A stretch of DNA of 64,000 nt, from positions 1 through 64,000 of the forward strand of contig MCFE01000052.1 of assembly GCA_002104905.1 (NCBI GenBank), written 5' to 3'. The stretch's first letter is position 1. Each line of letters begins with the position of its first letter. Both the position numbers and the translations under genes were made by a program. The notes under the pieces are model-generated. The model was not told the origin of the DNA. It searched no databases and was given only the letters and a program-made list of their open reading frames with translations. Source of the DNA: Basidiobolus meristosporus CBS 931.73 (taxonomy: Eukaryota; Fungi; Basidiobolomycota). Of the stretch, positions 50,636 to 61,899 are shown one piece after another.

Positions 50636-53348
50636 ATTTTAATGGAGTTACTGGTTGAGTGTGAGGTTGGGCTTAATGCTAGTGTAGGGTATAGAGACTT
50701 GTATAGGTCATTACAATTGGCAATTGAAGTACTACTAAAGTTTCAACAGAAATAAATCAATTTGTACGCATGAAAAGTAATAGAAACGGTTGAGTCAGGT
50801 AGAAAGTAGTATGAAAAAGAGGCAATAGCCAATCAATTCACACAAACATAGGAGGCAATAGAATGTCTGGGATAAGAAAGTGAGCAAATTGGCAGGGAAC
50901 TAATCAAAAGCCACTTATACATTGTTGTGATGAAAAATTTTGACTAAGTTTTTTGTGAAATCTGGGGTGCAATTATTTTTCAACGGTCTCTTGATGGTGT
51001 CTTGACAAGATCAGTACCTTGTAGTCATGGGACTCTCACTTTGTGATGGCCTTTTGACAGTATCATCTCAATAATTTTTTGTAGGGAACTAAAGAAAACC
51101 TGGCTGCTGTAAACACTGTAAGAAGCCAGGACAATAATGGGCAACCACAACAAAACTGACTGACTTACTCTATGTGCCTGAAATTGCTAAGAACATACTC
51201 CCAGTCAGTAAAGCAACAACTCAAAGACTAAAACTCATTCTTACTAAGCTGAGCTGCTCAATGTTGAATAAAAATAGTCAAATATTAGCTTTGGAAATCA
51301 GAGATCACATTAAATACAAGTTACAATGCAAGATCATTTTACCAGAGTATGTGAACATTGCTGGTGCTGATGAAATCTACTGGTAGACATGGCATAGGAA
51401 GATAGGACATATTAGAGAGCATAGAATGAGCCAATTGGTGAAAATCAACTTATTTTGGGCCTAAATTACTCAATTCCAATCGAGTTGATTATCTGAAAGG
51501 GTTAGTTCATATAGCAAACAAGCCTGTTAACAAAATTTAGGAGCTCAGTAGGCATTAACACTACCTAAATATTGGCTATTGTGCACTCAGACATATGTGG
51601 CCCAATGAGAACATTGTCCTCTGGAGCCAAGCAAAAAAATGATATATAACCTTTAAGCCTATATATGCAAATAACCAAACCTGCAGAACCTCAGGATCTT
51701 TGGCAGTGATGGTTTTTATTATATCCCCAACAAAAAACACTCAATGCCAGAACCAAAGTGTGGAAAAGGCAACTTTTTTGGGTATTGTGAGGATACTAAA
51801 GAGTATAGAGTGTATGATGGCAAAATTCAGAAGCTGATCCAGAGCAGGGAAGTTGTATTTGAGGAGAATTCAGATCAGAAAGCCACTGAAATTGTTGGCC
51901 AGCTACCAGATGATGCAATCATCACTAATTAAGAAGATACATTCCTAACTCAGCCAGATACAGAAGATAATTCTACCAGTTGCAGATCAGGGTGGATTAT
52001 CACAGTTAGGAGATCTACCAGAATAAGAAATGTCCCTGGATCCTGGTTGCAGACATCCAATGGCCATGAAGAAGCTTATCTTGCCTTATGTGCCACACCA
52101 CAAAATCTGGAACAGGCAATGCAAAGGCCAGACACTACAATGTGGCAACAAGCCATGCAGGAGGACCAGCAATCAATGATCAGGGCAAAAATGTGGGAAC
52201 TGGTAGATTTACCAAGTGGGAGAAAATTGGTAGGATGTAGACAGGTCTATATGCTCAAAATAACCACAAATGGTACTTGTGATATGCACAAAGCTAAATT
52301 GGTGGCTAAAGGCTATTCCCAGATCCAGGGACTAGAGTTTAAGGAAACATTTGCTCCAGTTGCCAGTTTTGCTCCATTAGGACAGTTCCAGTGCTGGCAG
52401 CTGTACATAGTCTAGATCTACACACAATGGATGTCAAACAACCTTTGTAAATGTGGATCCACAAGAAACTATATATATTGAGCAACCAGAAGGTTTTACC
52501 AATCCAAAAGGCCCCATCAATATGTTCAGACTTGGGAAATTGTTGCGTGGGCTTAAGCAGGCACCTAGAGCATGCTATAACAAGATTGATATATATATAG
52601 AGGAGATTGGGCTTATTCACAGCACTGCAGATCAGTAGACTTGTTCCATCATACTGTGGCAGGGCGTGCAATGCAATCCATGGTTGTAAAAAACGATTGG
52701 GCGCAATATTATAGCTACCAGAAGGAAGTATTGTTCTTGGACAATTTTGCACTATGCAGGACAATCTTGCACACTATGGCACAATCTGACACAATGAGGT
52801 TGGCATGGATGATTGCGCCAACTTGTAATGTTTGCATCACGTGCGCAATCAGATACCGCTATTATGGCAGGTAAAATCCGGTATTTGGATATGTTTCTTT
52901 AATGTAAATGGAAATAAATATGTATCACACTATAAACTACACTGATACTTACCATTTTGGTTACCCTCACTCCAATTTGATGGTATCTCAGTGGTTAATT
53001 GGTCCAAAAGTATCCTGAAGCTGGCAGCCCCCAATTGGCTCATTGACTACTAAAAAAGCTACCTGATTTGCCATCAAATATCCCATTTTGCTCATTGAGC
53101 AAGTAAATCCCTGATCCTAGTGATTGGACAAGGTGTCATAGCCAGCACGCAAGCAATTGTGTAGGTGCAAAACAGATCCAATAGCTGCACTGGTATTACA
53201 GATGATGTATATATATGCAGGGTGTTTATTTATAGGGGTTCTGTCTCAAATGTGAGACGACCTTGATATTACTTATAACAAAAATTTGATGATCACTGAT
53301 TTGCAATGGCTTGATTTGGATCGCAAAAAAAATGGGTTGTCAGGATAA

Positions 53349-54626
53349 TTATGAATTTGAGCAATTCAAAGCAATTGCATTATCTTCTCCTGGGTTTTTT
53401 CTCACAGGGATTACTACTGAAGCATCTGGTAGTGACTCACTTTGCACACCTATACTACTTCCTGGCTGACTATCATCTTGGCTACTTGTGCATTTGTAGT
53501 CAGTATTTTGCCTCCTAGTTGATGAGTGCAATGCAACAGCTTGGCTGCGCTGAATCACTCCAACTGAACCAACTGAACCAGCCTGTAGTGCCACGCGCTG
53601 ACGTGTTCTTTTACTTGCCAAGGGCTCCAGTGGTTGAGGCACTTCATGTTGGTCATCATCAGTCAGTTCACCAGAAGTAACTTGCTGATGGTCAGGCAAA
53701 ACGGCACGCGCAGGTGCGCCTTGACGCGTTGAGATGGCCCTTGGCTGAGTTCAATGTGATGCTGCAAGTTGACGCAACTTGGTCTGCTCCAATGGACTTG
53801 TGTCTAAATGAGCAGTTTGGCAAGTTCTTGTAGTTTTGCTCTGAAGCACGCGCGTTGACTCAATGCACATTGACTTGATGCGGGGCGTTCTGGTAAAGGG
53901 TGTTGGCGTACTCTGGACTGACGTGCGCCAGTGCGCTGTGCTTGCAAGAGATGGTAGGGAATCCAGCAAGGCGTGCTGGCACAATCTGGACAATGTTGCT
54001 TGCGGTCTGTATTCTTCCTCCTGAAGCTCACCATCTGATTCCTTAAGGTATTCACTTACCCTATGTCTGATACTTTGGAGCTGTTGCCTGGATGACTCCT
54101 GTGTATATTGCTCTTGGAAGCCACTTACCTTTACTAATATATCACGTAGTACATTAGTCATTTGAGGCAAAAACTCATTCAAAATCTCTTTGGTTCCCAA
54201 AGTTGAGGCACAAACGGACGCATCCAGCCCGTACTGTGCAAATTGAGCGCAAAATTGCTCCCGCGCGGCTTCTTTGTCAAATCCCCTCACTCTCAGCTGA
54301 TCTTTGATTTCAATACTTGTCTTGTTATATATCTTCTTACATACATCCGCTGGCATCTTGATGTAGAACTCTTGCCACAGCTTTCTACTCAAATTCTTCC
54401 ATCTTTGTTGACACTCTGAGGTATCTAGTTCTGCTAGATTAATCAGTAGTGCCCAAATATCTGTATGAAGGCTCATCATAGACACTTGGGCCATACTAAA
54501 ATCATTTGGCAAGAATTTGAATGGATCTAACATCAACTTTTCCGGTCCGGACCGCGCTTGTGAGCTGGGGGATGGGTTTTGTCTGGGTTGTACTAAAGAT
54601 GAGTTGAGGCTTGGTATGGGGACCAT
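53349..54626 (-). CDS. Harbinger accessory protein with a Myb/SANT/MADF-like motif; ORFs 53751-54626 and 53349-53699 may be joined by an intron
   Basis: WALL...ECQQRWKNLSRKLW resembles the MADF/SANT signature carried by the second ORF of Harbinger elements. It lies inside the TIRs. Confidence 0.55.
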
Positions 54627-54985
54627 AGCAATGGATTTGGATACTTATACAGCAGTATATTGGCATCAACCTGGTCTTATATGAAATATATATGAAAACT
54701 AATGTGATTGTTGAATTTTCCATATATTATGCATGATGCATCTTGGATCGCATTGACACGGATCAGATCACATCAATTGCAGATTTCCTATTTGATTATA
54801 GACCTATGATTAAAGCATCAATAAAAGTACCAAGGCATTGTTTGCAGATGATTTTTGCGACACAATGATGGGATACATGGCAATTGATGGAGATTTAACC
54901 ATAATGTATTAAAAATCAGATAAATAACGCAGATTGCGCCAAATCAATTCAAACCGCCTTTATACAATCATCCACCAATGTTAAT

Positions 54986-55861
54986 ATGACTTACTCATCT
55001 GAATGGTCTTTTCTCATCAATCCCATCACTACCACTGGATTTCCTTTTGACACACTAGAGGAGATCTATTCCAAGTACTGTGGACCATCAACCCCAATCT
55101 ACTCAAGGAGATCCCTTGTCAAGCTTCCCTGCTATTACAAGAACTATTGCCCTACAAGGTTTCATCCCACCATCCATGGCAACAAAAGTCCTAGAAGCTT
55201 TCATTCCCACCTGACAGCAATGGAGAACCTCCTTGCAGAGGGTATGAATGACTTAGAGCAAGCTTGGAATACTAGACTCAGAAGCTCCAATAGACTTCCA
55301 TTTCCCAGAGTGTTCAGCAACAGGTTCCATATCAGGAGTATTTTGGATACCTTCCCAGTGAGGATTAACAGACCTTCTAGAGGGCAGAGGCACTTTTATT
55401 CTGGCAAGTACAAGGCACACTGTGTGAAGTTTCAAGCACTGTCTGACATTGATGGTAACATCATCTGGTTTAGTAGGCCATTTGCTGGAAGTAGGCATGA
55501 CAAAGCACTCTGGGTAGAAAATCATCCTGAATTCAGTAGAGGGGAGAAATGTATGGCAGACTTAGCCTATATAGGAGAGGATTGTCAGAGATTAGGATGT
55601 ATTACAGCTTATAGGAAGCCAAGGAATAGTGTGCTTAGCAGGAAGCAGAAGCTCTACAATGAGATATTTAATCATTTCAGCGTGAGGGTAGAGCACACAT
55701 TTGGATATCTGAAGAGATTCAGCATATTGGCAGGTAAATACAGAGGAAAGTCATATATAGAACAAAATAGCAGAATAGGTAAAATAGTTAAGATACTTAT
55801 TAATGCACAGTATGTTCATACCAGAAGATGTCCACTGAGAGAAATGTGTCTGGAGCATTAA
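54986..55861 (+). CDS. DDE transposase, DDE_Tnp_4 / IS5-Harbinger type, uninterrupted 291 aa
   Basis: ILDTFPVRINRPS...FYSGKYKAHCVKFQ, GSRHD, MADLAY and RVEHTFGYLKRFSIL. Confidence 0.88.
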   Translation: MTYSSEWSFLINPITTTGFPFDTLEEIYSKYCGPSTPIYSRRSLVKLPCYYKNYCPTRFHPTIHGNKSPRSFHSHLTAMENLLAEGMNDLEQAWNTRLRSSNRLPFPRVFSNRFHIRSILDTFPVRINRPSRGQRHFYSGKYKAHCVKFQALSDIDGNIIWFSRPFAGSRHDKALWVENHPEFSRGEKCMADLAYIGEDCQRLGCITAYRKPRNSVLSRKQKLYNEIFNHFSVRVEHTFGYLKRFSILAGKYRGKSYIEQNSRIGKIVKILINAQYVHTRRCPLREMCLEH

Positions 55862-58800
55862 GAAGAGTAAATAAAGCAAGGAAAGCACTATTCTGAGCAA
55901 CATAAGTAAGATTGAGTAAAATTACCAGTAACTGTATCATACCACTGGCATCATGGTAGAAATTATAGTCCCAGATAGTGCTGTAGAGTGCCAGATTGAT
56001 CCGGCACCATAAACAGGCTGGCACTACCTGGCACTATCCAACAGAACAAGTCTACTGTATATTTGTGAAACAGCTCAGAAATGGTGTGATTATCCTAGTT
56101 CTTTATGCTGGTGTCCCAACAATAGCTACAATCAACAAGGAGGCACTTAGACAGACAAAATCAGATCTCTTCAGCAAGTTGGAGATGAAAGATCTTGGAA
56201 AATTTAACTATTTTCTTAGAATTGAAGTCAAATATGACATACCTACTCAGAAAGCTGTGCAAGATCAGTCTAGGTACATCAGAGACATTTTTTGGCACCT
56301 CAAAATGAAAAATTGCAAGACTGCAGCTACCCCCATGGTCAATAACCTGAAATTGAGCAAATCTCAACCAGTTTTAGGTGAAAAGGCTCAAGTATGGACC
56401 AAAACATTCCCTATAAATCAGTGGTTGGTAGCCTGATGTATGTGGGTGCTGTGGGAGCTTGGATAGTCAGTCAGTTCAGCAGAATTATGGATAAGAACAA
56501 ATTGCAGTAGTTTAACAGATTTTCAGATATCTACAAGGTGCCCTAAATATGGTACTGGGATACTCTGGAGCAGCAAATAATCAAATACTTGATGGTAATA
56601 GTGATTCAGATTGGGGTGGGGATCTGATTGACAGATGCTCTACCACTGGGTATGTATTTCCTTATTATGGTGCAGCTGTTACTTGGAATTGCAAGAAACA
56701 ATAAACTGTGGCCCTATCTACAACTGAAGCTAAGTATATGGCTGCTTGTCAAGCAACTAAGGAGGCTATATGACTACAAGAGTTATTCAATGACTTGGAC
56801 TTTAACTCATATGAGCCAATATGTAAGTACAAGGATATTCAAAGTTGTTTTTCACTAGCTAGGAATTTTACTTATTATATCAGAACTAAGCACATAGATA
56901 TACTACAATACTTTGTGTGGGAAGCTGCAGCAAATAACTTAGTAGAGTTAGTTTACTGTCCAACAGACAAAATGATGGCAGATATATTAGCAAAATCACT
57001 ATCTAGGCCACAACTTGAGAATCTCAGAAAAGAATTAGGATTAAGAAATTATTTAGTTGAGGGAGAGTGTTGAAATATTGGACTATTTGGTATCAATCAG
57101 CAGCTAAAAATTTACTTAGCAACTCTGGACTAGCTTTGGTCACTGTAAAACTAGCCTATAGCACTAACTTTACCACTTTCCTCAGATCTATGATGCCATG
57201 ATTATCCCCCTATAGTCAAGATCAAAATAGCACTTTTACCAAGCATTATGTACTAACGTTGAAACTGTTACAGAATGCTGCTGAGTGTTGAGAAGCTCAC
57301 CTTACTTAGTGTGAGAGTAGTCTTACTTCTACAATGGTGAAAATACTAAGCTTCCTTATGAATAATTAATAGTTCCACTATTGCTACTATTTCTTGATAA
57401 GTTCCTTATATCTAAATTACTTCTTAAATTGCAACAGATTCAGTACAACATTTGAAGGGAGAAAGACCATGTGGCCAGTGTGGCAAGCCTCTGAGCCAGT
57501 AAGGATGCAGATGACATAGGAAGTATTATTAAGATCATGGCCTGTGTTTTACTATACAAGTCAAATTTGAGCATTCATCAGTCATTGCTCTACCAGCTAT
57601 ACCTTTCTAGCCCTGGATAATTTGATAAGGGTGCCCAGCTGTACTTGTGACCTTGTGCAAACAAATGTGGTTGAGTTGCTCACACCTATGCCTCCTGAAT
57701 ATAAACAACTGAGTGATAGCTCTGACAAAGAAGACTCACAGATGAATTGTGAGCATATCTCCCCTCACAACAGTACCCTTCAAGAGCTAAGCAAAATACA
57801 AATTTAGGATACCTGATGGAGCCAAGTGATTCTAGTAGTCAATTTAATACTGAATTATGTTATTGTGTGGCTAGAGAAGTGGCATACTTCCCTCAATATC
57901 AGTAATGGGAGCTTTGAGTATATATGGCTACTTCTTTCAAGAGTCATTCTGAGTTGCAAATTACCATGTGCTTGCCACAAATGGATTATCATCATGTGGC
58001 TTGCAACATTTAACAACAAGGCCATCCTGTTACTAGCATGTCTTAGCATTTGCATGAAATGCAGAACAGAAAACGCCACCATTGCAAGGTGTTCAAATTG
58101 TCAGGAATCCACCATCTCATGTGAAAAGCATTGCTCACATTCTGAATATATCCCAGTAACATCCTGTCTAAAGAACTCATTCAGTCTGGCAGATATTGTG
58201 ATGCTATGACATACTGCACTCAGTATCAATCAAGCGCAAACATTTCCAATATATCAGTTGGCAAACATTACAGTTGATTCAGAAGCAAAGACTATATCTA
58301 AAGTACATGAAGCCATGCCTTTGCCTTGACATTTGACAAGTTTTGTTGAACAGATACTCTGCCTGCAAATCCTGCTGACTACTCTTTCCCATCAACATGG
58401 AGCTACTGGCAATCTTGCAGTATCAGAGCAGATATCTGTTGGTGGTTGCATTGATATCTGGACCTATATCACTATCCAACCTGCATACCTGACTGAATTC
58501 ATTGCTGTATGAATATTGCTTGCTTTCAAGCAGAACGCTAATAAATGGCCATCATATAAAAGTTCACATCATTATTGGTGTTGGATATAACTTAGCCATC
58601 AGCAAGATAGCTGGCTTTTCTGTTCACAATGGGTGGCTAAATACCACAGAGTATACTCAAACAAACACATATCCTGTGCATCCAGTCCTTGCATTTTAAT
58701 TGTTATGTATGCATATGAATATGGACTGGAGCCTGTGAGAAGTACATTGGGTGGTGGATGCTCTGAAATATCTTGCCAATTCTTCCAAATTTATAAGGTA

Positions 58801-58984
58801 TCTCAGAGGGGCATTTTCAGCTTGAGATGCCCCATGTAGAACTTGGTCATTAAAATAAGGGATATTGTTGAAAAGCAAATCCATTACTCCCAGTGAAAAG
58901 CTTTTGCTTTAATTAATAACCTCTACCTTAGAGTATCTCCAATTTCTAATTAATTTAATACTCCAGCAAATGGCTTAATGCTTG

Positions 58985-60065
58985 CACACCAAAAACTTAG
59001 TCAAAAGTTTTCATCACAACAATATATAAGTCACTTTTTGATTGGTCATCTGCCAATATACTTAATTTCAGATACTGGACACTCAATAACCTCTTATGCT
59101 TGTGTACATTGATTGGTTTTTGCCTCTTTTTCATACCCCTTACTTCCTGACTTAACCAGTTCTCTTACTTTTCAGGCATGCAAGTTGTTTTATTTCCATT
59201 GAAAATTTAGTTGTGCCTCAATTGTCAATCTTAATAGCCTATACCAGTCCCTATACCTAACACTGATATTAAGTCCAACCCTACACTCAACAAGTAGCTC
59301 CATCAAAATCAACATTCAACTAGTATTTTTGCTTCAAAACCTTTGCTTCAACTCTGGCAGGAACCCAGCAGCTTTATGTCACTCTTACTTCACTGATTCC
59401 CATAAACCTGGTCTTCAGCCAGCATTGCAAGATCCAGTACCTCATCTGCCAGTCTTTGCAATAAGCTCTTGCAAAATTCAAGTGAGTTTTCTTGTGATCT
59501 GCTCTTAAAGTAGTGCTGCAACTTCTTGATCTGCCTATTAATGTTCTACAATTTGACTGTAGGTATTGTGATAGCCTTTTGAGTTCTTGAAGCTGTTACT
59601 TTGTTGGTCATTGGGACTTCTACTCCGGTTACAATGAAGGATATGGGGGCAGTGGTAGACAAATTGCTTTTCTCTGCATACTCAACTACCTCATTGGAGT
59701 GTTACTCAACTAGCTGCACTTCCAACTCCTGAGAAAACAACTTTTGTCTTGTAAGTCCTTCTTAGCTACTTTGAAAGAGTGCCTCTGGTATTTTACTCTG
59801 ATTTCTCCTTGTTAAATTCTGAAATGGTCTTAAATTTACATCAGTTTTGACAAAAAAGTGATACTATAATGTTACATTGCTGAGTGTCATGTTATTTGCC
59901 CCATAGAGAAGACTACTATGATTCAACATTGTAAGAGAAGAGAAAAACAACCATGCAGCTATTGAAACATGCCTCTTAGCCTGGAAGCACACCAACAGCA
60001 TTGCAACTATTGTAACAATCACAGACATTGTTTTGCTACAAAAGTCATATTTGACCATTTGTTGG
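58985..60065 (+). mobile_element. Internally deleted CACTA-like fragment (ORF2 3' end joined to the transposase 5' region)
   Basis: 58985-59830 matches the reverse complement of about 50150-50960. 59830-60060 matches 38085-38181 and the reverse complement of 48300-48540. Confidence 0.65.
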
Positions 60066-60071
60066 TCACTA

Positions 60072-61340
60072 TGTTATGATCTACCACTTGAATATTTAAG
60101 TTAGATCAGTTTTTAGTCAAATCAATAAGTCATATGATTAGCTTATCAGTATATCAGTGTTATCTATCAAATCAGTAGCATTAATCAGCAGATCATTACC
60201 AGACAGGAATAGATATGTTAAGCGGGATCTTACTGGGTGATGATGATGCAATCAAATGAGTCATCAGCCACAACCTCCATTAGGAGATACAATTAGTCAG
60301 CAATTGATCTGGCAAAAATGTAAACAAGGAGCTGCTGGAACCTCAATAAAAATCAGTGCAAGTTTTAGTGAATACAATACTATCTAAGCTCCTTATTCCT
60401 CTACAACTCTTATGTCTAGACTTGTAACATTGGTAGCAGCAATAACCAGAAACCACCCTCCTAAAGAAAGAAGAAGCCTCCATCAAGATGTCCAAAAATC
60501 AAGAATGAAAAATGCTATGCAGCAAATTCTGGCCCAACAGCAACAGTTACTCCAGATCCTTAGCCAGCAGCAACAAGGAATGACTACCATTGCCCAAAGC
60601 CAGCAAAACCCACAAGCAACTTTAGTTTGAAGGTCAACCAGTATCATGGTAAAGTCAATGAAAACCTGGGAACTTGGCTCTCCCTAATTGAAGAAGCTTT
60701 CAAGGCTAAGGGAATTGCTCCAGGGAGCAAGTTACATTATGCAGCCTCTTACCTGGCAGATGCAGCTTTACAGTGGTACCACAGCAAGATCAGGTCAGCC
60801 ACCATGATAGGATGCTCTACAATCTCTACCATGGATGAGTTTGTGTTGGAAATTCAGGATGCTTCTGAAGCTCCACACCAGCAGACACTACTTAGAAGAA
60901 AGCTGAAGACACTCAGACAGAAAGGAATAGTTCAAGAGTACATCTATGAATATTGATGTCTACTTGGACAAATTGAAAGAATGGACCCCCTGAATCAAGT
61001 AGAATACTTTATTGCTGGGTTGAAAGAAAGAACTTGCAAGGAAGTGAATTATCAAAGACCTCAGACTATTGAGGAAGCTATCAAGATTGCCATTGACTGT
61101 GACTCAGCTATGTTTGGAGTAGGGAAGCGCACAATTACTAATCAGAGAGGCTACAATCATTATACAGTTAGGCAATCAGAAGCAGCGCTAATGGAAATCA
61201 GTACTATACAGAAGAATCCTACCTCCAAAGAATGTAAGAAGAAAGGACTTTACTTCAATTGCCACCAGCAGGGACATATTGCAAAGTACTGCCTTCAGAG
61301 AAGAAATGAAAACCAGCCATCAAGAACCTTCAACCATACT
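60072..61340 (+). mobile_element. Truncated Gypsy copy: 5' LTR (60072-60429), PBS and decayed gag
   Basis: LTR and gag are colinear with 40725-42010; stops are present. Confidence 0.88.
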
Positions 61341-61344
61341 GAAG

Positions 61345-61675
61345 GCTTGCAAAGAAGCTGTCAAAACACTATCAGGTTTTTTGCCATATAAGGCACTTGG
61401 ATGTACTGGCTTGCAAGATCCATTTAAAACAGTTGTAGAGTTCACTAAGACTGCAACAATGCCATGCAATTATTGTCATAGCACCTATCAACCCCTGTTG
61501 AGTTTTATAACTTTGTTTGGCAGCAAAATTAGCAAAATGCAGTTGTGATCCTGTCATAGAATTGTTAAGAGGGTCACTAATTCCAAGCTGCTGGTATTAT
61601 GTTGGTCTACCAAGGGGATCCTGACAGCTGATCTGGATCAGATACACCTACAGGACTAATTTATTTTTCATAGGG
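61345..61675 (+). mobile_element. CACTA-like 3' terminal fragment
   Basis: Ends ...TTATTTTTCATAGGG, matching 25124 and the reverse complement of 39249. Confidence 0.75.
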
Positions 61676-61899
61676 AGTCTAGCAATCTTTTCACCTTGAG
61701 TATGGTATACTATTGGACTATCAGGAGCTCAAGGCCAAGCAGAATGTGCTTGATCTAATCCATGTGCATCATCCTGGATTCAGACAATCAAATATACTTA
61801 GGGTATGCATGGGTATGCAAAGAAACTATCTTAAGAACAGCAGATACTACCTAAGGTGCAATAGCTAGGATGCCATGGCTGAAAAGCAGCAGCTCTGTC

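Larger units (their letters stand above)
39249..51086 (-). mobile_element. CACTA/EnSpm (CMC)-like DNA transposon, about 5.8 kb after removing three nested inserts
   Basis: TIRs CCCTATGAAAAATAATT / CCCTACAAAAAATTATT and 3-bp TSD AAC. Tnp2-like fragments: HDGF...CWPLILINLNL...GPKSP...YLYPLADE, GDTPAISKIAGFSRHNGRYCCQMC and IHSLFHLVQCVENMGPCFTFWEFSM. Confidence 0.82.
52636..56054 (+). mobile_element. PIF/Harbinger (PHIS)-like DNA transposon, 3.4 kb, with two divergent ORFs
   Basis: Termini TAGACTTGTTC ... GAACAAGTCTA, flanked by CAG and CTG. The Copia B RT reads HSTAD...IFVKQLRNGVIILVLY across the insertion. Confidence 0.85.
38182..57436 (+). mobile_element. Copia family B element (LTRs 38182-38550 and 57068-57436), split by CACTA-like and Harbinger-like insertions
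   Basis: 5-bp TSD AATTC/GATTC. gag (YDGKNYRLWRIKMQ) at about 38590-39248 resumes at 51087 with the knuckle CKHCKKPG. IN/RT remnants at 51170-52635, RT/RH at 56055-57060, then PPT GAGGGAGAG and the 3' LTR. Confidence 0.82.
31990..58985 (+). mobile_element. Outer CACTA-like element remnant (both termini lost) hosting the nest
   Basis: ORF2 pieces on the minus strand at 31990-32384 and 37706-38060. Transposase 5' region 38060-38181 continues at 57442-58985. All pieces are colinear with the reverse complement of the inner copy (45670-50060). Confidence 0.7.

Noticed and set aside
45724-59000. Many 60-100 aa ORFs in the repeat block as host genes
   Set aside because: They are frame fragments or antisense shadows of the decayed transposons already listed.
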